Positions 12,500 through 21,331 of a DNA stretch of 42,442 nt are shown here, one piece after another. The position numbers and the translations under genes were made by a program. The DNA comes from an uncultured Nitrososphaerota archaeon (lineage in GTDB: Archaea; Thermoproteota; EX4484-205; JAAOZO01): positions 1-42,442 of the forward strand of contig CAYOYV010000015.1 in assembly GCA_964408285.1 (NCBI GenBank), in the 5' to 3' direction. The notes beneath the pieces are model-generated. The model did no database searches. It was not told where the DNA came from and saw only the letters and a list, made by a program, of their open reading frames with translations. The stretch's first letter is position 1, and each line of letters starts with the position of its first letter.

Positions 12500-12532
12500 A
12501 AATGTGTTCACAATTGGGCTATTAAGAATTTC

Positions 12533-14479
12533 CTAAGGAGTTTCTTCTCTTGAGACGAAGACCCGGGAACCGCAATAGGGACATATTGGGACCCTCTTGG
12601 AGACAATCTCACCACAGACTGAACACATCTGCCTTTGGGAGTAGAGTGTTACTCCACCCATTCTTCCTTGAATGATGTCCTCTGGCTTTATGATGCCCAG
12701 TTCGCTGTCGTCAATATCAAATGCCATTAGGCTGGAACCTGTTAGCACTGCCTGAAATTCTGCTTCCCTCTCCATCCATGTCTTCAAATCACTCATGTTC
12801 GGGGGCAGAATCTGTGCCTTTGGAGGGTACAGGCCATCCCAAGAAAGACCGGAACGCATGATGATCTTCTCATCTGATTCCCTCTGGACCGTGGCTCTGA
12901 CGCTATTCACTACCTTTTCTATCAGCCCCAGAGTGCCCTTTGAATATGGATCGGGATCCCCCGAGAGGCTCATCGCCATAGCGTGTATCCCATCGAATTG
13001 TATCGATGCTATCAATTGCTTATCTCGCATGTATCTACGCCCATCGTGAATGGACGAGAGAATAGGTAGAACCCGGTTGTTGATTCTTTTCACAAGGTAA
13101 TCATTTCTGATTTGGAAGGCTTCCTTAGCTCTCGATATCAATCCTTTGAGTTTGTCGAAGAATATCGACTCCTTCTTCTTGGAGTCAGCCAGTATTATGG
13201 GGAGATCAACCCTTACCGATCCTAGAACCGTTAGTCCATGGTAATCCATGATTTCAGTTGCCAAGTCGCCTACAAGTATCCGCTCGTAGGACACCAGATC
13301 GGCCCTGTCCTTCAATATTGTGACGGTGGCTCCGAAGGCGGATGTGGAAAGCGCCGCCCTTGTAATTCGTCTAAGTTCTTCGTTATCCATCTTATCTGCG
13401 ATTATCGAAATCCTGAGGTTATCTAGGGGTGATATCCTTCCACGTTCAGAGAACGCCTCCAACATCTTTTCTATTCCTTCCACATTCCTCTCACTGCCCT
13501 TCATGGAAATGCTCAACTTGCTTCCCAATGCCAGCGAAAACCTGACCTTGCTCGCTAACTCTTCGGGTTTCTGCGTCTCTGTCGTGAGCAACAAAGTCTG
13601 ACCACTGCATATTTCCTTAGAGAGCGCCATTACAAAATAGTCCAAGCTTGCGGGGATGGGAATGCCATCCTCCATCTTTAGTCTAATAGGGGAGCTGGGA
13701 AGCAGATTGTACCATTTGAGGTCCACCTCGGGAATGTGAATGATCTGTTCCGGGCGGAGGGCCCACTCTGGAAGATGATTAAGTTGCATCTGACCGGATA
13801 GATGAATGTCCGCAAGGCTCTTTGGGAGCATTTCAAGTAGAACATATTGCAGAAATACCTCCTTTGCAGCTTTTGAGAGGGGGAACCCTTCATTGTATTG
13901 GCTTATGATATTTCCTACATCATAGACTGGCATACCTAATCTGGTCAACTTGTGCCTCGCCTTCTCATATCCTCGTTCCATTAACACAGCGATTGTGAGC
14001 TCCCTTATCAGGGGGGCAGTGAGATATTTCACCTTCAATCTCACTATTCTGTCTTGGACTTCGAGCGCTATCTCGTTTGCTTCATCGTCTTCCATTTTTG
14101 CCTCCTTTTCGAGAGAACTCACGATTCTCATTCTGTCAAATGGCTCTATCTTCAACTTTGAAGTTCTAACCTTCGGCAGTCTCTCTTCCTCTATTATTTC
14201 GCCCTTAATTTCGTGTACGTGTCTGAGAAGGCTGTCACCCAATTTTGTCAACTGATATTTCTTTTCCGCTTGGTTCAATGTAATCAACTCTGCTCTCATC
14301 AATTTCTTAATGTGGAAGGAGAATTTCCCTGCATCGGTCTTTTGATCAAGACCCAGTTTTCGCATTAAGTCGTTGTACCTTAATCCTCCGTCTTCCAAAA
14401 GCTCCAGGACCTTCAATCTTATGGAGGAGCTCACTGCTTGGAGTATCAGAACGGAATCTTCCTCTCCCTCCTCTTCCAT
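12533..14479 (-). CDS. ArsR-type HTH + ATP-cone + degenerate NrdD-like domain + Zn ribbon fusion
   Basis: N-terminal winged helix (IRLKVLELL..GKFSFHIKKL); ATP-cone VRTS..IEPFDRMRIVSSL..LTAPLIRE; ADIHLSGQM; C-terminal CxxC..CPYCGS without the glycyl-radical motif. Confidence 0.8.
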   Translation of the reverse strand: MEEEGEEDSVLILQAVSSSIRLKVLELLEDGGLRYNDLMRKLGLDQKTDAGKFSFHIKKLMRAELITLNQAEKKYQLTKLGDSLLRHVHEIKGEIIEEERLPKVRTSKLKIEPFDRMRIVSSLEKEAKMEDDEANEIALEVQDRIVRLKVKYLTAPLIRELTIAVLMERGYEKARHKLTRLGMPVYDVGNIISQYNEGFPLSKAAKEVFLQYVLLEMLPKSLADIHLSGQMQLNHLPEWALRPEQIIHIPEVDLKWYNLLPSSPIRLKMEDGIPIPASLDYFVMALSKEICSGQTLLLTTETQKPEELASKVRFSLALGSKLSISMKGSERNVEGIEKMLEAFSERGRISPLDNLRISIIADKMDNEELRRITRAALSTSAFGATVTILKDRADLVSYERILVGDLATEIMDYHGLTVLGSVRVDLPIILADSKKKESIFFDKLKGLISRAKEAFQIRNDYLVKRINNRVLPILSSIHDGRRYMRDKQLIASIQFDGIHAMAMSLSGDPDPYSKGTLGLIEKVVNSVRATVQRESDEKIIMRSGLSWDGLYPPKAQILPPNMSDLKTWMEREAEFQAVLTGSSLMAFDIDDSELGIIKPEDIIQGRMGGVTLYSQRQMCSVCGEIVSKRVPICPYCGSRVFVSREETP

Positions 14480-14784
14480 TTGCGAAATGCACCTAGAGGA
14501 GCATTATTACCTTTTTTCCTCTCGGCCAAATGAAGCCTGAGTGACTGTCCATTGAGCCGACGATAATCGCCATCGAGGACTAGGTTCACGACGAGTGGCC
14601 ATTGGATCAGATCTCGTGGATTTCCCAAGCGCTAGAAGTGTTGGGAATTAGGAGATTCCTGCCCTTGCCAAAAGTATGTTAGACGTGAGCCCAAAATGCC
14701 CGTCTACCAAGAAAATGATGGGGAAGCTGAAGCAATCGCATGAGTGTTGCACCCCAACGAACCAAGATAACGCTTTTCTAATGC

Positions 14785-14793
14785 TTTATTATT
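14785..14793 (+). promoter_or_regulatory. TATA box of tRNA-Pro
   Basis: CTTTATTAT about 20-25 nt upstream of the tRNA 5' end. Confidence 0.55.
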
Positions 14794-14808
14794 TCGAAGT
14801 CGCCCTAT

Positions 14809-14952
14809 GGGGGTGTCGGCTAGGCACTCGTTGAGTGGGCCAACTTGGTCTAGGCTTCATGGCTCGACCGAAAAAGGGGCTAGGGAGCGCTTGGCCAAGA
14901 TCCCATGAGACTCCAGTTCGAAACCAAGAAGGCGAAAATCTGGGCACCCCCA
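14809..14952 (+). tRNA. tRNA-Pro(CGG) with four introns: 14824-14843 (15/16), 14867-14883 (35/36), 14886-14901 (37/38), 14923-14938 (59/60)
   Basis: The spliced product GGGGGTG TC GGCT AGCTTGGTCTA GGCT T CATGG CTCGGGC CCATG AGAC TCCAG TTCGAAT CTGGG CACCCCC A folds into a full cloverleaf; each insert sits in a BHB or relaxed BHB. Confidence 0.85.
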
Positions 14953-14984
14953 TTACATTCAATAACGTTTTTATCGCCTAGGGA

Positions 14985-16406
14985 TTGGACTCAACGGTAA
15001 AAACATTGTATGACGCTCTAATCATAGGAGCTGGGCCAGCGGGCATCTTTGCTGGCATACGATTTCTTGAAGCGATTGAAAACGGTGCTGATCTATCAGT
15101 TCTGATCTTGGACAGAGGCCCTGATGTACCGGGGAGATATTGTCCGGCTCGGGAAACATCTAGCATATGCACGAAGTGCTCCAACTGCGCTCTCCAAACC
15201 GGATGGGGTGGCGCAGGGACTTTCAGCGACGGGAAAATCACGCTGACTCCTAGCGTGGGAGGGTGGCTATCTGAGTTCCTTGGGAGTAACAAGGTTGTGG
15301 ATCTTCTGAGCGATGTAGATCGATACTTCCTGAGATTCGGGGCTCCGGATAAGCTATACGGGGTAGACGATGAACAGTTCCACATCTGGTCAAGGAGAGC
15401 AGCCCTTGCAGACTTGAAACTGGAAAGAAACGTACTAAGACACTTGGGAACGGATCTTTGTAAGGACATACTAACGGAGATGAAAAGATATCTGTCAAAA
15501 CATATCGAGATCCGTCTCGGTGAACGGGTACAAAGCATCAATGCGGAGAATAGCAAGGTCAGGGGGATTTCGCTCTCAAGTGGAGAATCGATAGCTTCGA
15601 GGACAATCTTGGCTGCCCCCGGCAGGTATGGCGCCACTTGGCTTTCTTCAGAGGCCAGTAGACTTGGTTTAGGTTTGGAGACAAATCCGGTTGATCTGGG
15701 GATACGCGCCGAACTGCCATCTGAAATATTGGCTCCTCTCACCGACGAGTTATACGAGCCAAAATTGAAATATGTCTCGAAGACGTTCGATGATACAGCA
15801 AGAACATTCTGCGTGAATCCTTGCGGTCAAGTCATAACTGAATATTATGATGACGTAGTTACTGTGAACGGACACAGCCTAAGGAATGGCTCGTCTCCGA
15901 GCACAAACTTCGCCATTCTCGTCAGTAGTTTCTTCACTGAACCCTTTAAGGACCCGATATCGTACGGAAAATACATAGCGAGGCTTGCGAATATAATCTC
16001 AGATGGAATAATAGTACAGAGGCTCTGGGATCTCCTACAGGGGCAAAGGTCCACCAGCCAAAGAATAGGTAGAAGCATTACGGTCCCAACCTTGAAGGGG
16101 GCGACGCCGGGCGACATCAGTTTCGTGATGCCTCACAGGATAATGACCGACATAGTCGAGATGTTAAAGGCCTTGGATAAGATGGTGCCCGGGGTAATGT
16201 CACAGAACACCCTACTATATGGAGTGGAGGCGAAATTCTATTCGTTGAGAGTTCAGACCGATCACGGTCTTCAGACATCGGTAAAGGATCTATTTGTGGC
16301 TGGTGATGGTGCGGGCATAACAAGGGGTCTCAGCCAAGCTGCCGCTTCAGGACTATCGGCCGCGGACAGCATGCTACGTTCAATGGGTCTTAATAAGACC
16401 CCTTAG
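14985..16406 (+). CDS. FAD-dependent oxidoreductase (uncharacterised flavoprotein family)
   Basis: IIGAGPAG, GWGGAGTFSDGK, RTFCVNP.G, VNGHS, AGDGAGITRGL. Confidence 0.9.
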   Translation: MDSTVKTLYDALIIGAGPAGIFAGIRFLEAIENGADLSVLILDRGPDVPGRYCPARETSSICTKCSNCALQTGWGGAGTFSDGKITLTPSVGGWLSEFLGSNKVVDLLSDVDRYFLRFGAPDKLYGVDDEQFHIWSRRAALADLKLERNVLRHLGTDLCKDILTEMKRYLSKHIEIRLGERVQSINAENSKVRGISLSSGESIASRTILAAPGRYGATWLSSEASRLGLGLETNPVDLGIRAELPSEILAPLTDELYEPKLKYVSKTFDDTARTFCVNPCGQVITEYYDDVVTVNGHSLRNGSSPSTNFAILVSSFFTEPFKDPISYGKYIARLANIISDGIIVQRLWDLLQGQRSTSQRIGRSITVPTLKGATPGDISFVMPHRIMTDIVEMLKALDKMVPGVMSQNTLLYGVEAKFYSLRVQTDHGLQTSVKDLFVAGDGAGITRGLSQAAASGLSAADSMLRSMGLNKTP

Positions 16407-17114
16407 CTTGCCAACATAGACTCCTTCCATCGTTTCTACGTCCATCTCCTCCATTTCGATATATTTCTTGGACAACAAAGGTCCTCTGAGTTCTGGGCCA
16501 GTTCTCTCGTTAACCAGCAGCTGTCCTATGTAGTTGTTAAAAGAGGGCATGACTATGAGCGTTGGGCTCCATGGCAACTTCATTTTGCCAGATAGCCAAA
16601 CCTGAAAAACATAGCCATAGCCCTTGGAATCTCTTAACCTAACTGAAGGATGGACATGCCCTATGATGACCTGTTTCTTGTTTTTAGCCTCGGGATGAAG
16701 ATTGGCTGATCCGTGTGCAACCCAAGACTGTCCAAAATCGAACCCAGAGGTCTCATGCATCACTATACGTCTCGATGTGAACGCCTCTAACCCTCCATCG
16801 TGGTTTCCAGGCACGACATGAATGTCTTCGACTTTGCTTTCCATCGCTGACAGAAATCTCGGGACAGCAAATACCTCGGGTCCCTTGGGCACCGCTATAT
16901 GATGCTTTATGTCTCCGAGTATGACCAACCTCTTCGCTCCACTCTCTTGTAGGATTCCGGTCAGTCTCGCAATCAGTTCGTCTGTCTTCATCGGTATGTT
17001 GATTCCCCTGTTGGCAAGTTCCTGTTCAAAACCAAGGTGAACATCCGCTACGGCTAGGGTCTCTTCATCCAGCATAATGGCGGGATGGCCCAAAACCTTA
17101 ATTGGATAATCCAT
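16380..17114 (-). CDS. Calcineurin-like metallophosphoesterase
   Basis: ADVHLG, LGDIKH, GNHDG, GHVHP, MPSFN motifs; start placed at MDYPIKV. Confidence 0.9.
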   Translation of the reverse strand: MDYPIKVLGHPAIMLDEETLAVADVHLGFEQELANRGINIPMKTDELIARLTGILQESGAKRLVILGDIKHHIAVPKGPEVFAVPRFLSAMESKVEDIHVVPGNHDGGLEAFTSRRIVMHETSGFDFGQSWVAHGSANLHPEAKNKKQVIIGHVHPSVRLRDSKGYGYVFQVWLSGKMKLPWSPTLIVMPSFNNYIGQLLVNERTGPELRGPLLSKKYIEMEEMDVETMEGVYVGKLRGLIKTH

Positions 17115-17126
17115 TCTGACAGTCTG

Positions 17127-17522
17127 TTGGCCATCGAGGAGAATATTAAGAGATTCGGGGAGATCTGCGACAGGATAAGAAAGCGAGGCTTTGTGGTAAG
17201 TGAGGACTTGGACGAGGTCAAACACCTATTCGGAGACAAAGCTGCGAAGGCATTAGAACTCGTCTCATCAGCTAGAGTGAAGAAGTACAGGTTTCTACCT
17301 TCAGACGTAGTGAAATGGGTTGTCGTTGGCCGGGAGAGAGAATATCTCGTCCTGTCCTCCGCTTCATATTGCTCTTGCGATGACTTCTATTATTCTTTCA
17401 TGAAAGGAGAAAAGCCAATCTGCGCTCATATTCTCGCGCAACGACTCGCAGATGCTACTGGAGACTACAGAGAATTCGTTGAGGATGACGAAGATTTCGA
17501 GAAGCTAATTGAGAAGGCCTAA
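17127..17522 (+). CDS. SWIM zinc-finger protein
   Basis: RVKKYRF.PS, WVVVG..REY, YCSCDDF..CAH; TTG start inferred. Confidence 0.85.
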   Translation: MAIEENIKRFGEICDRIRKRGFVVSEDLDEVKHLFGDKAAKALELVSSARVKKYRFLPSDVVKWVVVGREREYLVLSSASYCSCDDFYYSFMKGEKPICAHILAQRLADATGDYREFVEDDEDFEKLIEKA

Positions 17523-18200
17523 CTTCATGGACCTTTCCAATTCGTAGATGGCTCTAGAAGCGACGACCCATGCAGCGAGCATCTTCGGATATATGGAGAT
17601 CACCTCATCGCTCAACTCAAGAACCCTCTTTCTCGGCGGTCCTTTAGCGTATGCTCCTATCAGATAGACACATCGTTCGTGGTCACCTGTCTCAAAGAAT
17701 CGCCTCAAATCCACAAGTCTGCCCCTACTGCTGAACAACACCACTTTCTCGGGTCGAAATATATTCAGAGCCTCGGCCAGATCTCCCTTCGCCGCGGTCA
17801 GAATTGGCTCACGATCAGGTGGGACCCTCTTGTTCTCCAGTAGCTGTTCGATAAGACTCAAGAAGTTATTGTAGTTCCTGGGAGGCCTCCAGATACTCTT
17901 AGGCACTATGACCATGTCCCTGACAGTGTGCAATGCAAAATTCGCGAGGCCGCTTTGATACAGGGGGGTGTCAGTCAAACTAAGAACCGAAAGGTGAACT
18001 ATGTCGGGCCTTCCCCTTCTATCTCCGTCTGCCATTGACTTCAGAATGGGGTGGTGTATTGCTCTGTCCAGAAGCATCTTCTCGGCCTTCTTTCGATAAC
18101 GTGTTGCCAACCTCTTTAGCTGAGGCATTTCTGAATAGGAAGAAGGAATCGTCTCTATGTTTGAATCGAAGAAGAGGAATGATACGGGAGCCCTACGCAT
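17505..18200 (-). CDS. nep1: 16S rRNA pseudouridine N1-methyltransferase Nep1/Emg1
   Basis: LLDRAIHH, RRGRPDIVH, RPPRNYNNF..LIEQL, IGAYAKG SPOUT motifs. Confidence 0.93.
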   Translation of the reverse strand: MRRAPVSFLFFDSNIETIPSSYSEMPQLKRLATRYRKKAEKMLLDRAIHHPILKSMADGDRRGRPDIVHLSVLSLTDTPLYQSGLANFALHTVRDMVIVPKSIWRPPRNYNNFLSLIEQLLENKRVPPDREPILTAAKGDLAEALNIFRPEKVVLFSSRGRLVDLRRFFETGDHERCVYLIGAYAKGPPRKRVLELSDEVISIYPKMLAAWVVASRAIYELERSMKLGLLN

Positions 18201-18553
18201 GGACAAACTCAGAGTCAGGTTTGTTATTTAAGTGAATTTCTGGACGGATAAGCCAAGCCCCTCCTCTCACTTCTTTTTGTCATGCACGGGATAGGGATTA
18301 TTCCAGCATGCGAATCGATCCTAGATTGCTGTCATTGGACCTCTATGTTGTCCCTCAGAATCATCTGAGACAATTCGTCATCAGTCAAGAGCCGCCCTTT
18401 GATCTGCCAGACGTGACCAGATCCATCTAGATCCTCACGAAGAATCGCCACGCTAGATTCCCCAAATGAAGCGACCCAGTATTCGCCCTCACGGTCGTGA
18501 ATGTCGGGGCCATTTCAGCCTTGGAGAACGCTTCTCTTGTCTTGCCCTTTTCA

Positions 18554-18754
18554 CTAATTCAGGAACTTCCCGGGGGCGCTTCCTTTCGTTCTAGCTTCGC
18601 CAACTCCAACAACAACCAAGAACAGACCAATGCCAATTGTGGCGAACATCAAAATGGACGACGCTTGAGGGTTGGTCATTGATATTCCCAGCCAAATCAA
18701 GCCAAGTGCCAAGACGATAATTCCAGAGGAGATTATCTTATTGTTATCTATCAT
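18554..18754 (-). CDS. Small two-helix membrane protein
   Basis: 66-aa ORF with two clear hydrophobic segments. Confidence 0.6.
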   Translation of the reverse strand: MIDNNKIISSGIIVLALGLIWLGISMTNPQASSILMFATIGIGLFLVVVGVGEARTKGSAPGKFLN

Positions 18755-18996
18755 TATGGGATAACGTCAGCCTGCGTGCCGAGAATATCAAAGTTCCGAT
18801 AAAAGCCTTATTCGTTTGTATCGGCCTATCACGCGCGCAATCATAGCAGGAAGGATAATAGTGAGTGAGAGGGACGAAACTGAAATCTATGCCAAGGAGT
18901 TCAGGGATCCGCTCAGAAAGGAAATAATCTGGTAGCTAAATCGGTCTTCTGGCGATAACGCTTATTATTAACTATTACACGCGATGTCTTTGCAAG

Positions 18997-19428
18997 TTGC
19001 CCTCTGTATACGATATTCCGGGACAAGAAATGGTCAAGGCACTAGCCGAAGTGCTAGAACGAGATCATCTAGCAATACAGCCGCCGCCATGGAGCCTTCT
19101 TGCTAAGACGGCACCCTTCAAGGCAAGGCCGCCTTCGGATCCAAAGTGGTGGTACAAGAGGGCAGCATCGATTCTTAGGTTTCTGTACATCAAGGGACCG
19201 GTCGGAGTCTCGAGATTGAGATCGAAGTATGGTGGAAGGAAAGACACGCCAATGAGAAAAGCTCACCAGATGAAGTCAGGTGGTTCATCAATTCGGAAAA
19301 TCCTGGGGCAATTGGAGCAGGAGAATCTTGTCACGAAATCTGGGAAGGGCAGGGCTATTACCTCAAAAGGACGAGCGGTGCTTGACTCTATTGCAGGCAG
19401 AATGCTCAAAGGTGCAACGGGTACATGA
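18997..19428 (+). CDS. rps19e: 30S ribosomal protein eS19
   Basis: PPPWS..KT, WWYKRAASILR, GPVGVSRLR.KYGG. Confidence 0.97.
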   Translation: MPSVYDIPGQEMVKALAEVLERDHLAIQPPPWSLLAKTAPFKARPPSDPKWWYKRAASILRFLYIKGPVGVSRLRSKYGGRKDTPMRKAHQMKSGGSSIRKILGQLEQENLVTKSGKGRAITSKGRAVLDSIAGRMLKGATGT

Positions 19429-19769
19429 GCTCAGAAGACGAGGGTGAGGAGGAATTACGAGAATTGCTGCGAGAGCGTGAAACAGAGATCGTCGGTCGCT
19501 CGAGACGGGATCAAGCGGCCAAAAGAGCAGAGCACGAGGCCAAGAAGAAGGCACTCGCTCGCCTTGTCTTCTCTCCGGAGGCCAGGCAAAGGCTCGCGAA
19601 CATAAGGCTTGTGAGACCGGCTTTGGCGAATCAACTGGAGGAGTATCTCATGAGCCTAGCGCAGCAAGGCCAGATATCAACCCCAGTAGACGATCAGACA
19701 TTGAAAAAAATCCTACAGAAAATACAGGAACAGAAGAGGGAAACAAAGATTTCGAGGCTTGGAACATGA
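19425..19769 (+). CDS. PDCD5-like double-stranded DNA-binding protein
   Basis: SPEARQRLANIRLVRP..A.QLE.YL; conserved position after eS19. Confidence 0.92.
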   Translation: MSSEDEGEEELRELLRERETEIVGRSRRDQAAKRAEHEAKKKALARLVFSPEARQRLANIRLVRPALANQLEEYLMSLAQQGQISTPVDDQTLKKILQKIQEQKRETKISRLGT

Positions 19770-19921
19770 GCAGAAGAAAGACGAAATTCAGGAAAAGCAG
19801 GCTGACCGCTGAGTCAAAGAGAGCGTCTGCGATACCTGCGTGGGTAATGCTCAGGACAGAGGGGCGAGTCAGGATTGGCAGAAGAAGGAGAAACTGGAGA
19901 AGGTCCAAAATAAAGATCTAA
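19766..19921 (+). CDS. rpl39e: 50S ribosomal protein eL39 (not in ORF track, 51 aa)
   Basis: Manual translation MSRRKTKFRKSRLTAESKRASAIPAWVMLRTEGRVRIGRRRRNWRRSKIKI. Confidence 0.95.
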   Translation: MSRRKTKFRKSRLTAESKRASAIPAWVMLRTEGRVRIGRRRRNWRRSKIKI

Positions 19922-19930
19922 GGTGACTGA

Positions 19931-20191
19931 TTGTTGGCAAAAAAGGAGAAGGAAAGCGAATCGTTTGTGGTTGATCTTTCCCCAGCATTCTCCTCTCCGC
20001 TCGGGAAGAGAGTCCAGACATCCATTTCACTGGTAAGAAGAGCGGTCAAGAAAAGGTTCGACGCATCAGAAGTGAGGATAGATCCAGACATCAATTCGAA
20101 ATTATGGGCTCGTTCTAGATCGAAGCCCCCTAGGCATATTAAAATCAAAGTGTCAATTGTGGATGAGGTGGCGCATGCCGAACTCGGTTAG
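19931..20191 (+). CDS. rpl31e: 50S ribosomal protein eL31
   Basis: VRIDPDINSKLWARS..KPPRHIKIKV; synteny. Confidence 0.92.
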   Translation: MLAKKEKESESFVVDLSPAFSSPLGKRVQTSISLVRRAVKKRFDASEVRIDPDINSKLWARSRSKPPRHIKIKVSIVDEVAHAELG

Positions 20192-20864
20192 GAAGATTCG
20201 AGGCCTGCCCGTATTCAGGGCCACGATAAAGAAGAGCCCCTTTGTAGGTGCTTACATATCCCTATTCGGAGAAAGGGCAATAGTTCCACCCATAGCGCCC
20301 AATGGCTTCCTCGGCCGCCTCGAGAATCACCTCGGCGCCAAGTATGTCGTGACTACCCTCGGGGGAGTTTCGACCATTGGTTCAATGGTTGCTATGAATA
20401 AGGATAAGATGATACTTCCGAGGACGATTCAGGAGGACGAATTGTCAGCGATAATGCAGACTGGCTCTGATGCCCTGATCGTGAATAGTAAGCTTCTTGC
20501 CTGGGGGAATCTGGTCACGCTCAACAACAAAGGCGCCATTATCTCCAACATAGTTCCAGAAGCTGTTAAAAGGGAGATAGCGGATTTCCTTGGCATTGAA
20601 TGCGTACCCGTCTCAATTGGAGGCTTCAGGACTGTTGGATCCTTATTTGCCATATCAAACGATTTCGGTCTGGTTTCTCCGCTAGTCAAGACCAATGTCT
20701 ATGAGCTGGCAGAAAGCGTGCTTAGAATAAGGCTGAGCTCTTGTACGGTGAATGATGGAGAAAGACTAGTACGTCTTGGGGTAGTGTTGAATGAAAGAGG
20801 CATTATAGTCGGTCGGACCACAACGGGGGCGGAACTGATGGCGATACAGTCTTTATTTTCCTGA
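20175..20864 (+). CDS. eif6: Translation initiation factor aIF-6
   Basis: SPFVG, GNLVTLNNKGA, TVNDG..VRLGVVLNERG..VG.TTTGAEL; synteny. Start uncertain. Confidence 0.92.
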   Translation: MPNSVRKIRGLPVFRATIKKSPFVGAYISLFGERAIVPPIAPNGFLGRLENHLGAKYVVTTLGGVSTIGSMVAMNKDKMILPRTIQEDELSAIMQTGSDALIVNSKLLAWGNLVTLNNKGAIISNIVPEAVKREIADFLGIECVPVSIGGFRTVGSLFAISNDFGLVSPLVKTNVYELAESVLRIRLSSCTVNDGERLVRLGVVLNERGIIVGRTTTGAELMAIQSLFS

Positions 20865-20908
20865 ACGGACGTAAAGAGTTTAATCCATCCAACTCACTAG
20901 GAACACAA

Positions 20909-21331
20909 ATGGCCGAGGAGGAAGTAAGGCGCGCTTACCTCGAAAGCAAGGCGATAGAGGAATACATGCAGGCTCTCAGGTCCAGGTACCAACTTCTCGA
21001 TGCCTCTGAATTGAGCCTAGGGAATGCGAAGGAGGCGCTAAGGTCGATCGTCGATGCCACGGAGGGGCAACACATACTGGTTGATGTGGGTGGAGGAATC
21101 TTCGTAAACGCATCGCTTGGCGACAACAAGGAAGTCTTGATAACAGTAGGAGAAGGGGTGTATCTCAGCAAGACAACCGAGGGCGCCTCGAAGCTTTTGG
21201 ACGAAAGACTGGAATCAGTGCGAAAAGCAAAGGAGACAGTGTTACAAGAGCTGACGAGGGCGCAAACCCAATATGCCCAAAGACAGACGAAACTGTCCGA
21301 ACTGACCGAGAAGTTGGCAACTAAGAAATGA
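20909..21331 (+). CDS. pfdA: Prefoldin alpha subunit
   Basis: Coiled coils flanking ILVDVGGGIFV..VLITVGEGVY. Confidence 0.93.
   Translation: MAEEEVRRAYLESKAIEEYMQALRSRYQLLDASELSLGNAKEALRSIVDATEGQHILVDVGGGIFVNASLGDNKEVLITVGEGVYLSKTTEGASKLLDERLESVRKAKETVLQELTRAQTQYAQRQTKLSELTEKLATKK

Noticed and set aside
14600-14660. Hairpin TTCCCAA..TTGGGAA as another mRNA intron
   Set aside because: The flanks give no 4-bp central helix on either strand and no recognisable protein is restored.
14809-14952. tRNA-Ser(CGA) reading of the multi-intron tRNA
   Set aside because: No long variable arm, the discriminator is A, the body is Pro-like, and BHB parsing yields CGG.
18330-18545. Protein-like minus-strand fragment (..WQIKGRLLTDDELSQM..) and C/D-box-like words
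   Set aside because: No family recognised, box spacing does not fit a guide RNA, and the adjacent hairpin is not a BHB.
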